Shown here in pieces: positions 52,870-62,877 of a stretch of 64,000 bases of DNA (positions are counted from its first letter, which is position 1; the number at the start of each line of letters is the position of its first letter). The position numbers were made by a program, and so were the translations under genes. The notes below the pieces were generated by a model, which worked only from the letters and a program-made list of their open reading frames with translations, had not been told where the DNA came from and did not search any database. The stretch covers positions 124,001 through 188,000 of the IMG/VR virus record IMGVR_UViG_3300005613_000001. One strand, written 5' to 3'.

Positions 52870-53954
52870 ACATCATTCTCGCTATAGCTGTTGCTGTACA
52901 GCAGTTCTTTCTGCTTCGACTTCTTCTTTTTCTTATCACCGCCTCTAGTTTTTTCTGCTTCTCTTAAAATTCCACAACAAGCCTCATAAAGCTTGTCATA
53001 AAGGCGATTCCTGAAACAGCTAACGGCATTACGGTCAGCAGCAGAAGCCGCCTCTTGATTAGAAAGATCACCAATCAATCTTCTCAATGCATTTGAAGCT
53101 TCTGTGACAGCCGAATCAACAATTGGACCCACTCTCATTTTTAAATCTTGAGAAGTGTCGTATGCCATTGCCATAACATCGTGGAGCGTTGATCTGTGTT
53201 GCCAGTTTTTATTCACAATAAAAAGAGGGTCTTTTTCACTCTCAGAGGCCCAAGCGGCAAGATTTCTCAATCTTTCATCCGACCTAGCTTCAGCATAAAA
53301 ATTGTCATGAATATCATTATTAAAAGTAGAACCCCAAAATCCCTCAATAATTGAATTTCCAATGGTAGAAAGTGACCAATCTTCTTGGGGAATTCGGTCA
53401 AGGGGTGCATAAACGGCATCTCGCCCAACACAGCAAACAAAATTGGCATCAATATTGGGAAGATTCGGTCTATAAAGTGAACTAGCAAGTGTTTTCAGTG
53501 GAATCCTACCGTAAGCCACTTGAAGACTGCGAGGATAGATTCGCCCCTGTTCCCTTTTAAGCCACATTAGAAACACAACATATGGAAAAGCAAGCCGATA
53601 GTACCCATTGCCTAATTCGCATTCAAATTTAACTGTTCTAACAACAGGCTTTTGCTCTACGACAAGCAATTTCATATCCCCGATAGTTTTAAGGAGACGG
53701 GTGCCTTCGGGGACCACTTCAAGAACATTGTTTGTTTCTTCCCAATCATTACAAAACCGCAGAAGCCCATCACTCAACCTACCCTTGAAACCATTAACAA
53801 TACTTTCCGCAATATTTGAGACTTCTACATGCACCCTTTGGGAAAGGCTAGACATCGAAACTTTAAGAGCTTCGGCAATAACATCTTTCATCTGCCGTGA
53901 CGTTAGTAGATCTGTAACTTTGCGATCAACTAGGCTGTAATCTGCATCCCGCAT
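52863..53954 (-). CDS. Prokaryotic E2 family D-like protein, tandem paralogue
   Basis: YRLAFPYVVF...LQVAY...PL..L...LY.PNLPNI....VCC.G...FW.S.FN.D. Confidence 0.7.
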   Translation of the reverse strand: MRDADYSLVDRKVTDLLTSRQMKDVIAEALKVSMSSLSQRVHVEVSNIAESIVNGFKGRLSDGLLRFCNDWEETNNVLEVVPEGTRLLKTIGDMKLLVVEQKPVVRTVKFECELGNGYYRLAFPYVVFLMWLKREQGRIYPRSLQVAYGRIPLKTLASSLYRPNLPNIDANFVCCVGRDAVYAPLDRIPQEDWSLSTIGNSIIEGFWGSTFNNDIHDNFYAEARSDERLRNLAAWASESEKDPLFIVNKNWQHRSTLHDVMAMAYDTSQDLKMRVGPIVDSAVTEASNALRRLIGDLSNQEAASAADRNAVSCFRNRLYDKLYEACCGILREAEKTRGGDKKKKKSKQKELLYSNSYSENDVW

Positions 53955-54498
53955 GTCTCTTCCTTGCCTTTGATTTTAATTTAGCAATCGCTCTCGTAAT
54001 CCTTTGATTCACCCGGCCTCTTGTCACTCCATGTCTTTCCCCGACCATCTTCATACTCAATCGTTCCAAATAATACTCCAACAGCATTTGACGATCTAAT
54101 TGTTCATAAGATTTTTCTAATTCAACTCCCAATATCCAACTCAACGCTTCATTATCTTCAAAGAGGCGAGCAGTATCCTCATCTAGTATTTCAATTTCAT
54201 CACCACGAACTTCAGGAAACCTACCCCTTTCACGAAGTCCTTGCCACACTGCATTTCTTATACAAGCCGTAGCATAAGTAGAAAATTGGGTGCCTTTGCT
54301 GTGCTTGAAAGTATCGAGAGCTTGAGTTAGCCCCAAAAGGGCATCAGAATATTCTTCAGAATCTTTAACAGAACCTTTGACCTTACAATATTTTAAAACA
54401 TAGTCAAAGGCTAACCCAAGGTGGTCTTCTATATTGAGCACATCTTCTTTAATGCACTCAACCTTGGGGACTTCCAACAACTCAGAAGGAGGAGTCAA
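53926..54498 (-). CDS. RNA polymerase sigma factor (sigma70 family, regions 2 and 4)
   Basis: ALLGL.QA.DTF...KGTQFSTYA..CIRN; SM..VG...GVTRGRV.Q...RA..KL. Confidence 0.85.
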   Translation of the reverse strand: MTPPSELLEVPKVECIKEDVLNIEDHLGLAFDYVLKYCKVKGSVKDSEEYSDALLGLTQALDTFKHSKGTQFSTYATACIRNAVWQGLRERGRFPEVRGDEIEILDEDTARLFEDNEALSWILGVELEKSYEQLDRQMLLEYYLERLSMKMVGERHGVTRGRVNQRITRAIAKLKSKARKRHAGCRLQPS

Positions 54499-54583
54499 TT
54501 TAGTTTCTCAACGCTGGGTGCCTTAGTGTTGTAAAGGCACAAAATAAACGCAAAACATGGTCAAAAAACGATTTTTGATATTC

Positions 54584-54835
54584 TTATCTCTCGCGGTAGG
54601 TTATCCGTCCCTTAGAGAGATCATACGGAGAAAGCTCCACAGTCACCTTATCTCCTGGCGTGATACGGATATAATTCTTCCTCATCTTGCCGCATAATGT
54701 TGCCAGTACGGTGATGTTTTTCTCGCTTTCTTCTACCTGAAGTTCAACACGAAATGTGGTATTAGGCAACGCCTCAGTAACCACTCCATGTGCTTCAATT
54801 CCCTTTTCTTTTGCCATTTTCCCCCTTTTTCCCAT
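54584..54835 (-). CDS. infA: Translation initiation factor IF-1 (start probably MAKEKG)
   Basis: G.V.EALPNT.FRVEL...[30 protein letters not shown]. Confidence 0.95.
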   Translation of the reverse strand: MGKRGKMAKEKGIEAHGVVTEALPNTTFRVELQVEESEKNITVLATLCGKMRKNYIRITPGDKVTVELSPYDLSKGRITYRER

Positions 54836-55622
54836 GATGATCTACAGCTTGCCCACTTTGACCATCCATAAATCCTTTGAGTTCTTCAAAAGACCACGGA
54901 GTATAACCGTAACCTAATCGGGCTCTATAATCAATACCAATATCTACCATTTTTGCATTCGGCAAATGTTCCTCTCGCCAATGTTCAAAATTGCCGTGAG
55001 AATGACCATAGCAATGCCAAACGCCTCGGTGAGATTTATCCCACACTGCATGTGCTGTGTGAGTTATCAGTATTTTCTGCCCTTCCCATCTTATCGTCAC
55101 CGTATCGTGGAAAGACCGAATCAACAGTTCTAGGAAGCGGCGGTCTGTAGTCTCTTTTTCATGCCTTTGCCACTGCTCCAAAGCAGACTCTTGAGAAACC
55201 TCCCCACCCAAAACCTTTTCCAATAAATCTTTATGGAAACGATCAGGACGCATTAAATGCCGCATATCCTTATCGTGGTTACCCCAAACAATATGGATAT
55301 TGCGGCAAACAATCCTATCCAATAGATGCTTTAAACGCCAAACCGATCCAAAGATAATGTCGCCAGCGATCCAAAGATCGTCATTCTCTCCTACAACAGC
55401 ATTTGTATTATCAATAATGCTGCTATTCATCCGATCCACAGTCTCACGACTGTATCGGAGTGATCTTACTGCATCATACTCTACTTCTCCCTGCTGATAC
55501 AATTGTTCCATTTGCAGGAAATTTTGCCGCTCACCTTCATTCATAAACTCTAAACGGCGGCAATAAGTCAAAATCCTCGCATGATCAAGGTGCCAATCTG
55601 CGGTAAAAAACGGTCTTCCCAT
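54795..55622 (-). CDS. Calcineurin-like metallophosphoesterase
   Basis: ADWH, GD, GNHD, TH, GHSH. Confidence 0.85.
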   Translation of the reverse strand: MGRPFFTADWHLDHARILTYCRRLEFMNEGERQNFLQMEQLYQQGEVEYDAVRSLRYSRETVDRMNSSIIDNTNAVVGENDDLWIAGDIIFGSVWRLKHLLDRIVCRNIHIVWGNHDKDMRHLMRPDRFHKDLLEKVLGGEVSQESALEQWQRHEKETTDRRFLELLIRSFHDTVTIRWEGQKILITHTAHAVWDKSHRGVWHCYGHSHGNFEHWREEHLPNAKMVDIGIDYRARLGYGYTPWSFEELKGFMDGQSGQAVDHHGKKGENGKRKGN

Positions 55623-55701
55623 CTTCCCTAACTCTCTTTCTCACAATACTTTCCATCAAATTAACCTTCATTGAACCCTCTGGTACAATTCCCTTTTTCT
55701 C

Positions 55702-55729
55702 ATTATATCATGGAAATGTTTGAAGTAAA
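55702..55729 (-). promoter_or_regulatory. Sigma70-type promoter
   Basis: TTTACT-16 nt-TATAAT, extended TG. Confidence 0.6.
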
Positions 55730-55766
55730 TGGGTTCGCCCCCCACTATTGGGGGGCGAACCCTATG

Positions 55767-56873
55767 TTAAACGGCCCAATGGGGGTTATCCAGTGTCCAT
55801 TTCACCACCTGATTAATGCTGTCCTCAAAGGTGATCGGCATTTTCCAGCCGAGCCCCTTCATCTTCGCATCATCAAGAGCGTAACGGCGATCATAACCCT
55901 TACGAGCCGATTCAGAGGGAACTAATTTATATTTAAGTTCTTTACCCATAAATTTTGCAATCATTTGGGCCAACTCAAGGTTATCCAATTCAACGTCACC
56001 ACAAACATTATATCTGTCTGGACGTTCGGCACCATCCTTATACATTGCCGGAGAGAACTGGGAAAGAAAAACAAAGGCATCGGCATGGTTCTTAGCGTGT
56101 AGATAATACCTAGCCCCAATAGAAGTTGTGCCATCATCATTCAAATCTGCATATACCGGCATTTCTTGATCTAATGCCACTTTCTGAATGATCTTCGGCA
56201 AAAACTTCTCAGGGTCTTGCCATTCACCAAAATTATTCATTGTGTTTGTAATCACTACTGGCACATCATAAGTTCGCCAATAAGCAATCGCCATCGCCTC
56301 CTGCGCCGCCTTGCTGGCTGCATATGGATTTGAAGGCATAATTACATCCCATTCATGGTGCGCCTGATCTGGCTTGGCTTCTCCATACACTTCATCCGTT
56401 GAAACTTGGAAAAATATCTTGGGTTTAATCTTACGAGCGAATTCCAGCATGTTGATGGACAACTCATAATTATTCCTCAAACAATGAACAGGATCGGTCG
56501 TAGACCTCTCTACAGCACTATCACTCGCCATGTTGATAATATAATCAATTGGCTTTTCCACAACCTGCCCATTTTCAAACCTTCGCTCTAAAATCTGGTT
56601 TTCTAGCTGCTGATCTATAGGAGCGATTAAATCGTGATAGTAATTTTTGAGGCGGGTGTTCATCTGGTTCAATGCATCAATATGTTTCCGCCCCTTTAAT
56701 TTATAACATTTTCGTTTGTAGTTCTCTAAAGCATCATTCAAACGAGTGTATGTGCCTTTGTGGCGAAACGAATCAAGACCAATGATTTCCCAATCAGTAT
56801 TGAATAGAAAGTAGTCTACACAATGGGAACCTATAAACCCCGCATGTCCGGTAAGAAGAACTCGCTTAGGCAT
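55767..56873 (-). CDS. rfbB: dTDP-glucose 4,6-dehydratase-like NAD-dependent epimerase (start MPKRVLL)
   Basis: TGHAGFIG; AS.S.V.RS; VSTDEVYG; PSNPYAASKA; EKFLP; RK.YD.RYALD. Confidence 0.82.
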   Translation of the reverse strand: MPKRVLLTGHAGFIGSHCVDYFLFNTDWEIIGLDSFRHKGTYTRLNDALENYKRKCYKLKGRKHIDALNQMNTRLKNYYHDLIAPIDQQLENQILERRFENGQVVEKPIDYIINMASDSAVERSTTDPVHCLRNNYELSINMLEFARKIKPKIFFQVSTDEVYGEAKPDQAHHEWDVIMPSNPYAASKAAQEAMAIAYWRTYDVPVVITNTMNNFGEWQDPEKFLPKIIQKVALDQEMPVYADLNDDGTTSIGARYYLHAKNHADAFVFLSQFSPAMYKDGAERPDRYNVCGDVELDNLELAQMIAKFMGKELKYKLVPSESARKGYDRRYALDDAKMKGLGWKMPITFEDSINQVVKWTLDNPHWAV

Positions 56874-56875
56874 TT

Positions 56876-57400
56876 TTATCTCCAATGGAAGTGATAGTTG
56901 TATCTTGAATATGGTTGATAATACGGACGATGATAATACGGACGATATTGATATGGCAACGTGTAGGGATAAAACCATGCATGTTGTTTTGTGACTCTTT
57001 GATTAGACATTTCCCTTTGTTTTAATATTTGCTGTATTCGCATGTCTTGTGCCTTGCGAAAAGATTCATGAGCCATTTGAGCTTGAGCAACCTTCACCTT
57101 ATAAACATCAAGAAACATCCTCGCCTCGGTATTGCTCATACCTTCAAATTCTGCCTTCTTTTCCTGATAGTCCGCCTCAGTAAAATCTTTTCTAACGCGG
57201 AATTCATAGGCCAACCGAGATAAGTACCAATTTTTCTCCGTTTGAAGGGTAGCATCAAGAGCGGTGTCCGCCACCTCCTCCGTTTCCTCCTCCATTGGCA
57301 TTTCTATAACAACAGGCGGGGGAGGATCAACCCAATCCATTGTAAACCCCATATGAAGATCACCCACAATAAACGCTGATAATATAAATAGACTATTCAT
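56876..57400 (-). CDS. Secreted-like protein with Tyr/Pro-rich tail
   Basis: Hydrophobic N-terminus. Confidence 0.55.
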   Translation of the reverse strand: MNSLFILSAFIVGDLHMGFTMDWVDPPPPVVIEMPMEEETEEVADTALDATLQTEKNWYLSRLAYEFRVRKDFTEADYQEKKAEFEGMSNTEARMFLDVYKVKVAQAQMAHESFRKAQDMRIQQILKQREMSNQRVTKQHAWFYPYTLPYQYRPYYHRPYYQPYSRYNYHFHWR

Positions 57401-57403
57401 TTT

Positions 57404-58024
57404 CTAACCCCATAATGTTCCTAAATTAACATAGTTAAAAGGAGATTTCTCTTGCTCTGGTAGCACCAATGCAATTTTGATATCGTCCTCTTTTTTGCCT
57501 CTAAACGTACCGACCCAACCCCTTTCACGATCTCCAACAAACTTATTAAAACCAAGCAAAAATCGCATAACAGCCATCTTGGTTTCTCTTACATACCACA
57601 CAGATTGCAGGGATTCATCATAATTTGTGGAATCCACATAATTCATTCCTGCTCGGAGGAGGACCGTCAACAAAGAACGCCTTATCTTACAGCCTCTCCA
57701 AAACTCGGACGGTTCAATCCATAAAATATCTTCTCTATTTGTTGGATTGAATTTTGAATAATCCCAAGGCTGCGTCAGGCTTTCAAAGTTCAAAACCTGT
57801 TCTGTTTTATGAATGAACTCTGCGACGGTTTGGCTATTACCCTTATGATTGAAATAAAACCCGCCTACTGTCTCATCTATCTGTTTCTCAAAAGTATCTC
57901 TACACTTCTCCCAGTGTTCGCCCCCCTCCAAATAATAACACCCAGGATGAGGAGCAAAACTCGGGGACTTGTGCTTTCTAATTGGACCAAATAACGTTTT
58001 TTTCATGTTAGTTTTATAATCCAA
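57404..58024 (-). CDS. Hypothetical protein
   Basis: 206-aa ORF. Confidence 0.6.
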   Translation of the reverse strand: MDYKTNMKKTLFGPIRKHKSPSFAPHPGCYYLEGGEHWEKCRDTFEKQIDETVGGFYFNHKGNSQTVAEFIHKTEQVLNFESLTQPWDYSKFNPTNREDILWIEPSEFWRGCKIRRSLLTVLLRAGMNYVDSTNYDESLQSVWYVRETKMAVMRFLLGFNKFVGDRERGWVGTFRGKKEDDIKIALVLPEQEKSPFNYVNLGTLWG

Positions 58025-58563
58025 TCACAGTAATTGTTTAAAACATCATTACGCCAAATTAAAATGTCAGAGTGTTGATCCCACAAACAATCAGACAGCC
58101 TACTAATAATCTTGTTTCTTTCTCGCTTCGGAGTTTGGCGATCAACGCTTTTAAAAAGTTCATGTGTTAATTCGCCCTTTTGAGCAAACCAACCATCTAA
58201 ACTGTAAAGAACCATCTCCCACGTTTTATCCGATAATTCATTTTTGGACACCATCTTAGGCTTCCCTATTTCCTTTGCCCAACTCAACAAAAAATCTTCA
58301 TACTCATCGTAGCAAAGCGATTCCGATGCTAAAAAATTAAAAAAACGGTTTCCACTTCTATAGCTGTGCTTGTAACCATTATGATAAAGAGAAAAACAAG
58401 CAATAACATACTCTTGAGGATTGTTCCTTACATTGACTCTTTTGATGGTAACAAAAAACCATTTATGCGAATCGTGATTTTCAAGAATCAAATATCCGAG
58501 GCGGGGACAACCAACCAGAGGTTGCCTACAAAATCTTCGCGCATATTCCTCATGTAAGAACAT
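58003..58563 (-). CDS. Hypothetical protein
   Basis: 186-aa ORF. Confidence 0.55.
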   Translation of the reverse strand: MFLHEEYARRFCRQPLVGCPRLGYLILENHDSHKWFFVTIKRVNVRNNPQEYVIACFSLYHNGYKHSYRSGNRFFNFLASESLCYDEYEDFLLSWAKEIGKPKMVSKNELSDKTWEMVLYSLDGWFAQKGELTHELFKSVDRQTPKRERNKIISRLSDCLWDQHSDILIWRNDVLNNYCDWIIKLT

Positions 58564-58568
58564 TTAAT

Positions 58569-59759
58569 TTAATCTAAATTAGGCAGGTAGGAGTTTCGCA
58601 CTTTGACTTTTTCAGGCGGTTCTTCATTATCGTAAGTCGGCCAACTCTTAGAAATTGGAAGCTCATCATCTTCTACATCATCCCAACTTCCCTTAACCGG
58701 CGAAGTGTCTTCTACTTCATTAACCCTCTCAACCAAGTCAGTCAGAGAGCTAAAACCGCCCTCTGTTGCGGGTTCAGACTCAGGCTCGGGGGTGGGTTCC
58801 GGCTCGGGTTCCGGGGTCGGCTCGGGTGTGGGCTCGGGTTCCACTTCCACTTTGGGAGCAGTCGTAGGATTGGTGAAGATATCAGAAGTTTTCCCTTCTT
58901 CCATTCCTCCTTCTTCCGGCAATTCAGAAACCTGACCTTCCTCTAAATCAGAAACCTGACCTTCTTCTAAATCAGGAATGGGAATAAGTTTCTGCTCTGC
59001 CGTTCTTTCAACCAAATCTTCTTTCGGAAGGTCAGAAGTGCCACCCTCATCCCTAATGCGATATGAAATCAATCTATCTTTATCTCTCTCTGTAAAGGCT
59101 CTTCCCCCCGAATAATCTAAAGTTATCCATTTTACGCTCCCATCATCCCTAACCCACTCATAAGCTAGAGGAATACGACCATTGATGATAGGAATAAAAA
59201 CTTTCCTTCCCGAACTAAGCTCTACGGCAACCTTAAATTGTTCTTTAATTTCACCAGTGTTTACCAACTTCAAAGTGGGGTAGGCTTCATGATCTTCAGT
59301 TGATTTAAATTTAATAACCTTACCAACATAATTGCTATTATACAAAATAGCATCTTGATAATCACACACAACAGTATTTCCAACAATTATAACAGTAGGA
59401 ATGAAACCATTAATGACAGGAACACGATACTGTTTTCCGTTTGATAATTCCACTTTCACTTGAAACTGTGTTTTAATACGACCTATATTTCTAAACTCTA
59501 CCCTTAGAGGCTTTTTTGCTTTATAGGTAGATAAATTAGTTGAGCAACTACTCTCGCAACGACTCCAATTTGTTCTTGTCCAAAACATTCGCCAGCCGCC
59601 GCTAGAATAATTAGACCCGAAGGCTCTTTGTGCATTGCTAATCGTGTAATCGGCTTCACACTGCCCTATGAAAAACACCAACGAACATACTGCTAGTACA
59701 AAACTTCGTATAAACATTTCTTTCATCCCTTGCTTGCAATTAATTTTCAAAACTTTCAA
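58569..59759 (-). CDS. Secreted-like protein with duplicated beta domain and PE repeats
   Basis: Signal-like helix; two QF.V.VELS.G...P.ING.IP repeats; EPEPT tract. Confidence 0.65.
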   Translation of the reverse strand: MKVLKINCKQGMKEMFIRSFVLAVCSLVFFIGQCEADYTISNAQRAFGSNYSSGGWRMFWTRTNWSRCESSCSTNLSTYKAKKPLRVEFRNIGRIKTQFQVKVELSNGKQYRVPVINGFIPTVIIVGNTVVCDYQDAILYNSNYVGKVIKFKSTEDHEAYPTLKLVNTGEIKEQFKVAVELSSGRKVFIPIINGRIPLAYEWVRDDGSVKWITLDYSGGRAFTERDKDRLISYRIRDEGGTSDLPKEDLVERTAEQKLIPIPDLEEGQVSDLEEGQVSELPEEGGMEEGKTSDIFTNPTTAPKVEVEPEPTPEPTPEPEPEPTPEPESEPATEGGFSSLTDLVERVNEVEDTSPVKGSWDDVEDDELPISKSWPTYDNEEPPEKVKVRNSYLPNLD

Positions 59760-60045
59760 CTAAAAACATGTCGTCCGCATGGACCCATCTATGCTCACTC
59801 TCACTCCAAGTAACAGGGTATGCCTCGGGAAAAGAATCCAAAATATCAAACAAATGCCCATCATTTTTTGCATGATCTACTGATCTTTGAAAAATCAATG
59901 GATGGATATTGGGATACCTCTCCCTAATCGCACACACTGTCTTATCTGTTACCATTGTTTTATTATAGTTTATCGCCTGAGAAACTTCGGCCCTTAGAGC
60001 GCAATCTCCACCACCTAAAGATAGCCAAAAAGACAACGCCACCAA
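59740..60045 (-). CDS. Hypothetical phage protein (start probably MVTDK)
   Basis: HPLIFQRS......LFDIL...P...P..W. Confidence 0.55.
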   Translation of the reverse strand: MVALSFWLSLGGGDCALRAEVSQAINYNKTMVTDKTVCAIRERYPNIHPLIFQRSVDHAKNDGHLFDILDSFPEAYPVTWSESEHRWVHADDMFLVESFEN

Positions 60046-60247
60046 TAATGCCCATAAAAACGCCAGATGACGAAAAAGCCATACCCCGCCCCAATAAATA
60101 ATTTACTAGACCACCGATATAACTTCCAGCAATACCAATGCCAATAGTAGGCAAAAAACCTACTGGATCATCACCAGGATGGAGACATTTAGAAATAATC
60201 CCAACAACCAAACCGTATATTACCCAAATAAAAATGCCAATCATCAA
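59963..60247 (-). CDS. GlsB/YeaQ/YmgE-family membrane protein
   Basis: W...GL.VG.I...L.PG.D..G...TI..GIAGS..GG. Confidence 0.8.
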   Translation of the reverse strand: MMIGIFIWVIYGLVVGIISKCLHPGDDPVGFLPTIGIGIAGSYIGGLVNYLLGRGMAFSSSGVFMGIIGGVVFLAIFRWWRLRSKGRSFSGDKL

Positions 60248-60954
60248 ATCCTCCTGTTTTCTGTAATGAATTTACAAAGGGTTAAAAAATAATTTTGATC
60301 CAAATTCCACTTCATAACATTAACATCCTTGTGTACCCATTGAATATTTCCCTCTACATATCCTTTAGAAGAATCAATTCTATCTAAAGATGCTATAAAT
60401 CCCTGTTCTACTTTATCCGGCATTGGTATATCAATCCCTGACAAGGCACACTTCTCATTTTGCAACTGATAAACTTTCCAAGCATAATTAATAGATATAC
60501 TAAACTCCAATGATCCACTTTTTCTTCTTAATGCATTCGCTTTTAATCTTTTCCAATATGTTCCACTTAACTTACCACACCCCTTCCAAGAACAGCTTCT
60601 CTCCCCCGTCATTGCACAACTACCACACATTTGCGACTTACCATTCAATAAATGCGATTCTCTAATTTTTTGTTTATTGCCACACTCGCATTTACAAAGC
60701 CACAATACCCTACCTTGTTCTGCCTCTTGTGGCTCAATCACACTCCACTTTCCAAACCTTTTACCTTGTATATCCTTAAACTTCTTTATCCTCTTAGTAT
60801 ACTTTCTACTAATACCTAGTTTTTTTAAATGCCTTTGAAGAGTGGTTTTTGCTACTCCATTTTTATCAGCCGATTTAACAATTGATAAACCACATTCATA
60901 ATCTTTTATTGCTTGTTTAATACTCATATTCATATATACCCACGAACAATCCAT
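60244..60954 (-). CDS. Putative homing endonuclease (HTH + Zn + HNH-like)
   Basis: G.RFG.W.VI...WLCKCECG; SLDRIDSSKGY..GNIQWV...VN.MK. Confidence 0.8.
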   Translation of the reverse strand: MDCSWVYMNMSIKQAIKDYECGLSIVKSADKNGVAKTTLQRHLKKLGISRKYTKRIKKFKDIQGKRFGKWSVIEPQEAEQGRVLWLCKCECGNKQKIRESHLLNGKSQMCGSCAMTGERSCSWKGCGKLSGTYWKRLKANALRRKSGSLEFSISINYAWKVYQLQNEKCALSGIDIPMPDKVEQGFIASLDRIDSSKGYVEGNIQWVHKDVNVMKWNLDQNYFLTLCKFITENRRI

Positions 60955-60975
60955 TTTACCTCACAATAATCCAAT

Positions 60976-61869
60976 TTATTTTGGTTTTATGTCTAAATAA
61001 GAGTCTGGGGTTTTAGAATTTAAAATATCAGCATTCAAATCTTTCATATAACGAAGATAACTCGCATCAAATTGCGAATACCCATTAAATCCAATTCGTC
61101 GCAATACTCCATCTGGATCGCTGCTAGATTTCATAAACTCATGCAACACATCCTGCCCAAATTCTTTTCTTATCAACAAACACAACGCTAAGCTTTGTGT
61201 ATCAAATAATTCCTTTTCTTCTTTACTTAGCTTCATATAGCCATCCTCATCCATAGCAAACATAGCTTTACTGAAAAACAACTCTTTATGTTCTCGCAGC
61301 ATAGCCAATTGGGTGCGTATTAATGGAACGGTGTTATTGAGTCTTGATACACCTCGATAAACCCAAGTTCTTAATCTCAATCCATGTTTCTGGTCAAACT
61401 CACTTAAACATGGTGTCGTAAGACATTCAGGAACTACCTCTGATGGTGAGTCATCTAAAAGCAGCCAAACAGCCGACATTGTTATTTTATTAGACTCCTT
61501 TCTCACTTCTGCCCTTGAATCCTCTATTCTAAATAACTTTTTCATTAAGGTTTTTGTTGGAACGCAAATCACCCGACATTCCGAAGAAAAATCAACATTT
61601 GGGAATCCCCACCTTTTCATAACCCAGGTCTTAATTTTCTCAATGTTCCGAGCCATAAAAAGACCTTGATCTTCTTCCAACGCCAAAACTGTGAAATTCT
61701 CCGTTGTCCAACGATGCCATTCCAGATCCTTAATTTCAGGATCATCGAAACCCCAATCTTCCATTTTCTCCGTGCCATGATAAACCACGGGTTCTGGAAA
61801 TGCCTCCTGCGCCTGCGTGGCGGTTACCATAACCACCATAAGAATTAAAGCGCTCGCTACCTTAAACAT
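60976..61869 (-). CDS. Secreted-like hypothetical protein
   Basis: Signal peptide-like N-terminus. Confidence 0.6.
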   Translation of the reverse strand: MFKVASALILMVVMVTATQAQEAFPEPVVYHGTEKMEDWGFDDPEIKDLEWHRWTTENFTVLALEEDQGLFMARNIEKIKTWVMKRWGFPNVDFSSECRVICVPTKTLMKKLFRIEDSRAEVRKESNKITMSAVWLLLDDSPSEVVPECLTTPCLSEFDQKHGLRLRTWVYRGVSRLNNTVPLIRTQLAMLREHKELFFSKAMFAMDEDGYMKLSKEEKELFDTQSLALCLLIRKEFGQDVLHEFMKSSSDPDGVLRRIGFNGYSQFDASYLRYMKDLNADILNSKTPDSYLDIKPK

Positions 61870-62828
61870 TTTCTCTCTCCCATTGTACAGGTTTCTAATA
61901 GTTTCTTAGCTGAAATTTGAATCTTTCGATTGGTGGCATGTAAGGCTAGTCTTTTTAAAAACCAAACCTTAGCATTATATAGAGTTCTGCTTAGTATATA
62001 AAAATTACTCGAATTTGACAAGCCTAAAATATTTAATGTAGTTTCAACATCAACACACTTTAAGTTTCTAGGCATCGTTAATGTTTCATAATTATCAACA
62101 AAAGATACAAAAAGTTGCACCCAATTTTTAATACACTCTCCATCTAAAGTGCCTTCAGGAAATCTGAATTCTATTGTACTTCGATCAAAAGTCTTACGCC
62201 GACGACTGCGGGCGTAATTCACTAAGTTTAACGCTACCTGTTTTTGATTATTTTCATGAATTGATATGTCAGTAGGGCAGATGATTTTCCAAAACTCTAA
62301 TGGATCATACCGCCTCAATAAACTTAACTTCTTCATCTTAGAACCAACGAGCGGACTGCAATAACTTGTGATTCTCCGATCAGGGGCGATACATTGCATC
62401 ATTACATTTTCAATTTTAAACCAATTGGCTAAAAGGACACCAATCTGTTCCGGTTCAAAATCTCCCACACCCACATGAACGTGCAAGCCACAGTTATCGT
62501 TGATCGTCAATCCACGCCGCCTCAAATGATTTGCAATTTTCCCAATGTGCTGCAAATCTTGGTAGCCGGAGGCTTTGTATGATGCGACTTCCCATCCATG
62601 ATCAAAATACTTTCCAAGGGGACCACAGGTGGCATCATATTTAACATGCCAAAAATCGTTATTTAAAGATTGTGCCCAACCATTGCCGCTGCTGGGTACA
62701 CGAACTGATTTAAAAGAAACCTCTTTTATAAAAGAGGCGATGTCCTTGCGGGGGACTTCGGGGCCAACTTCTAGTTCCACCCCAAAACTACGGTTGCTAG
62801 AAAACCGCTTATACTGAATAGCATGCAT
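61857..62828 (-). CDS. Putative amidoligase (COOH-NH2 ligase)
   Basis: FGVELE; W.VK.D.T; E.AS; CGLHVHVG; TIEFR..EGT. Confidence 0.82.
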   Translation of the reverse strand: MHAIQYKRFSSNRSFGVELEVGPEVPRKDIASFIKEVSFKSVRVPSSGNGWAQSLNNDFWHVKYDATCGPLGKYFDHGWEVASYKASGYQDLQHIGKIANHLRRRGLTINDNCGLHVHVGVGDFEPEQIGVLLANWFKIENVMMQCIAPDRRITSYCSPLVGSKMKKLSLLRRYDPLEFWKIICPTDISIHENNQKQVALNLVNYARSRRRKTFDRSTIEFRFPEGTLDGECIKNWVQLFVSFVDNYETLTMPRNLKCVDVETTLNILGLSNSSNFYILSRTLYNAKVWFLKRLALHATNRKIQISAKKLLETCTMGERKCLR

Positions 62829-62877
62829 TTTAAGGCTCCCTCCTCAAAAATAACTAATATACGGAAAAAAATCAAGA

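Noticed and set aside
58770-58850. CRISPR or tandem DNA repeat at GGCTCGGG units
   Set aside because: Coding Pro-Glu/Thr repeats of ORF 58569-59759; no repeat-spacer array anywhere in the window
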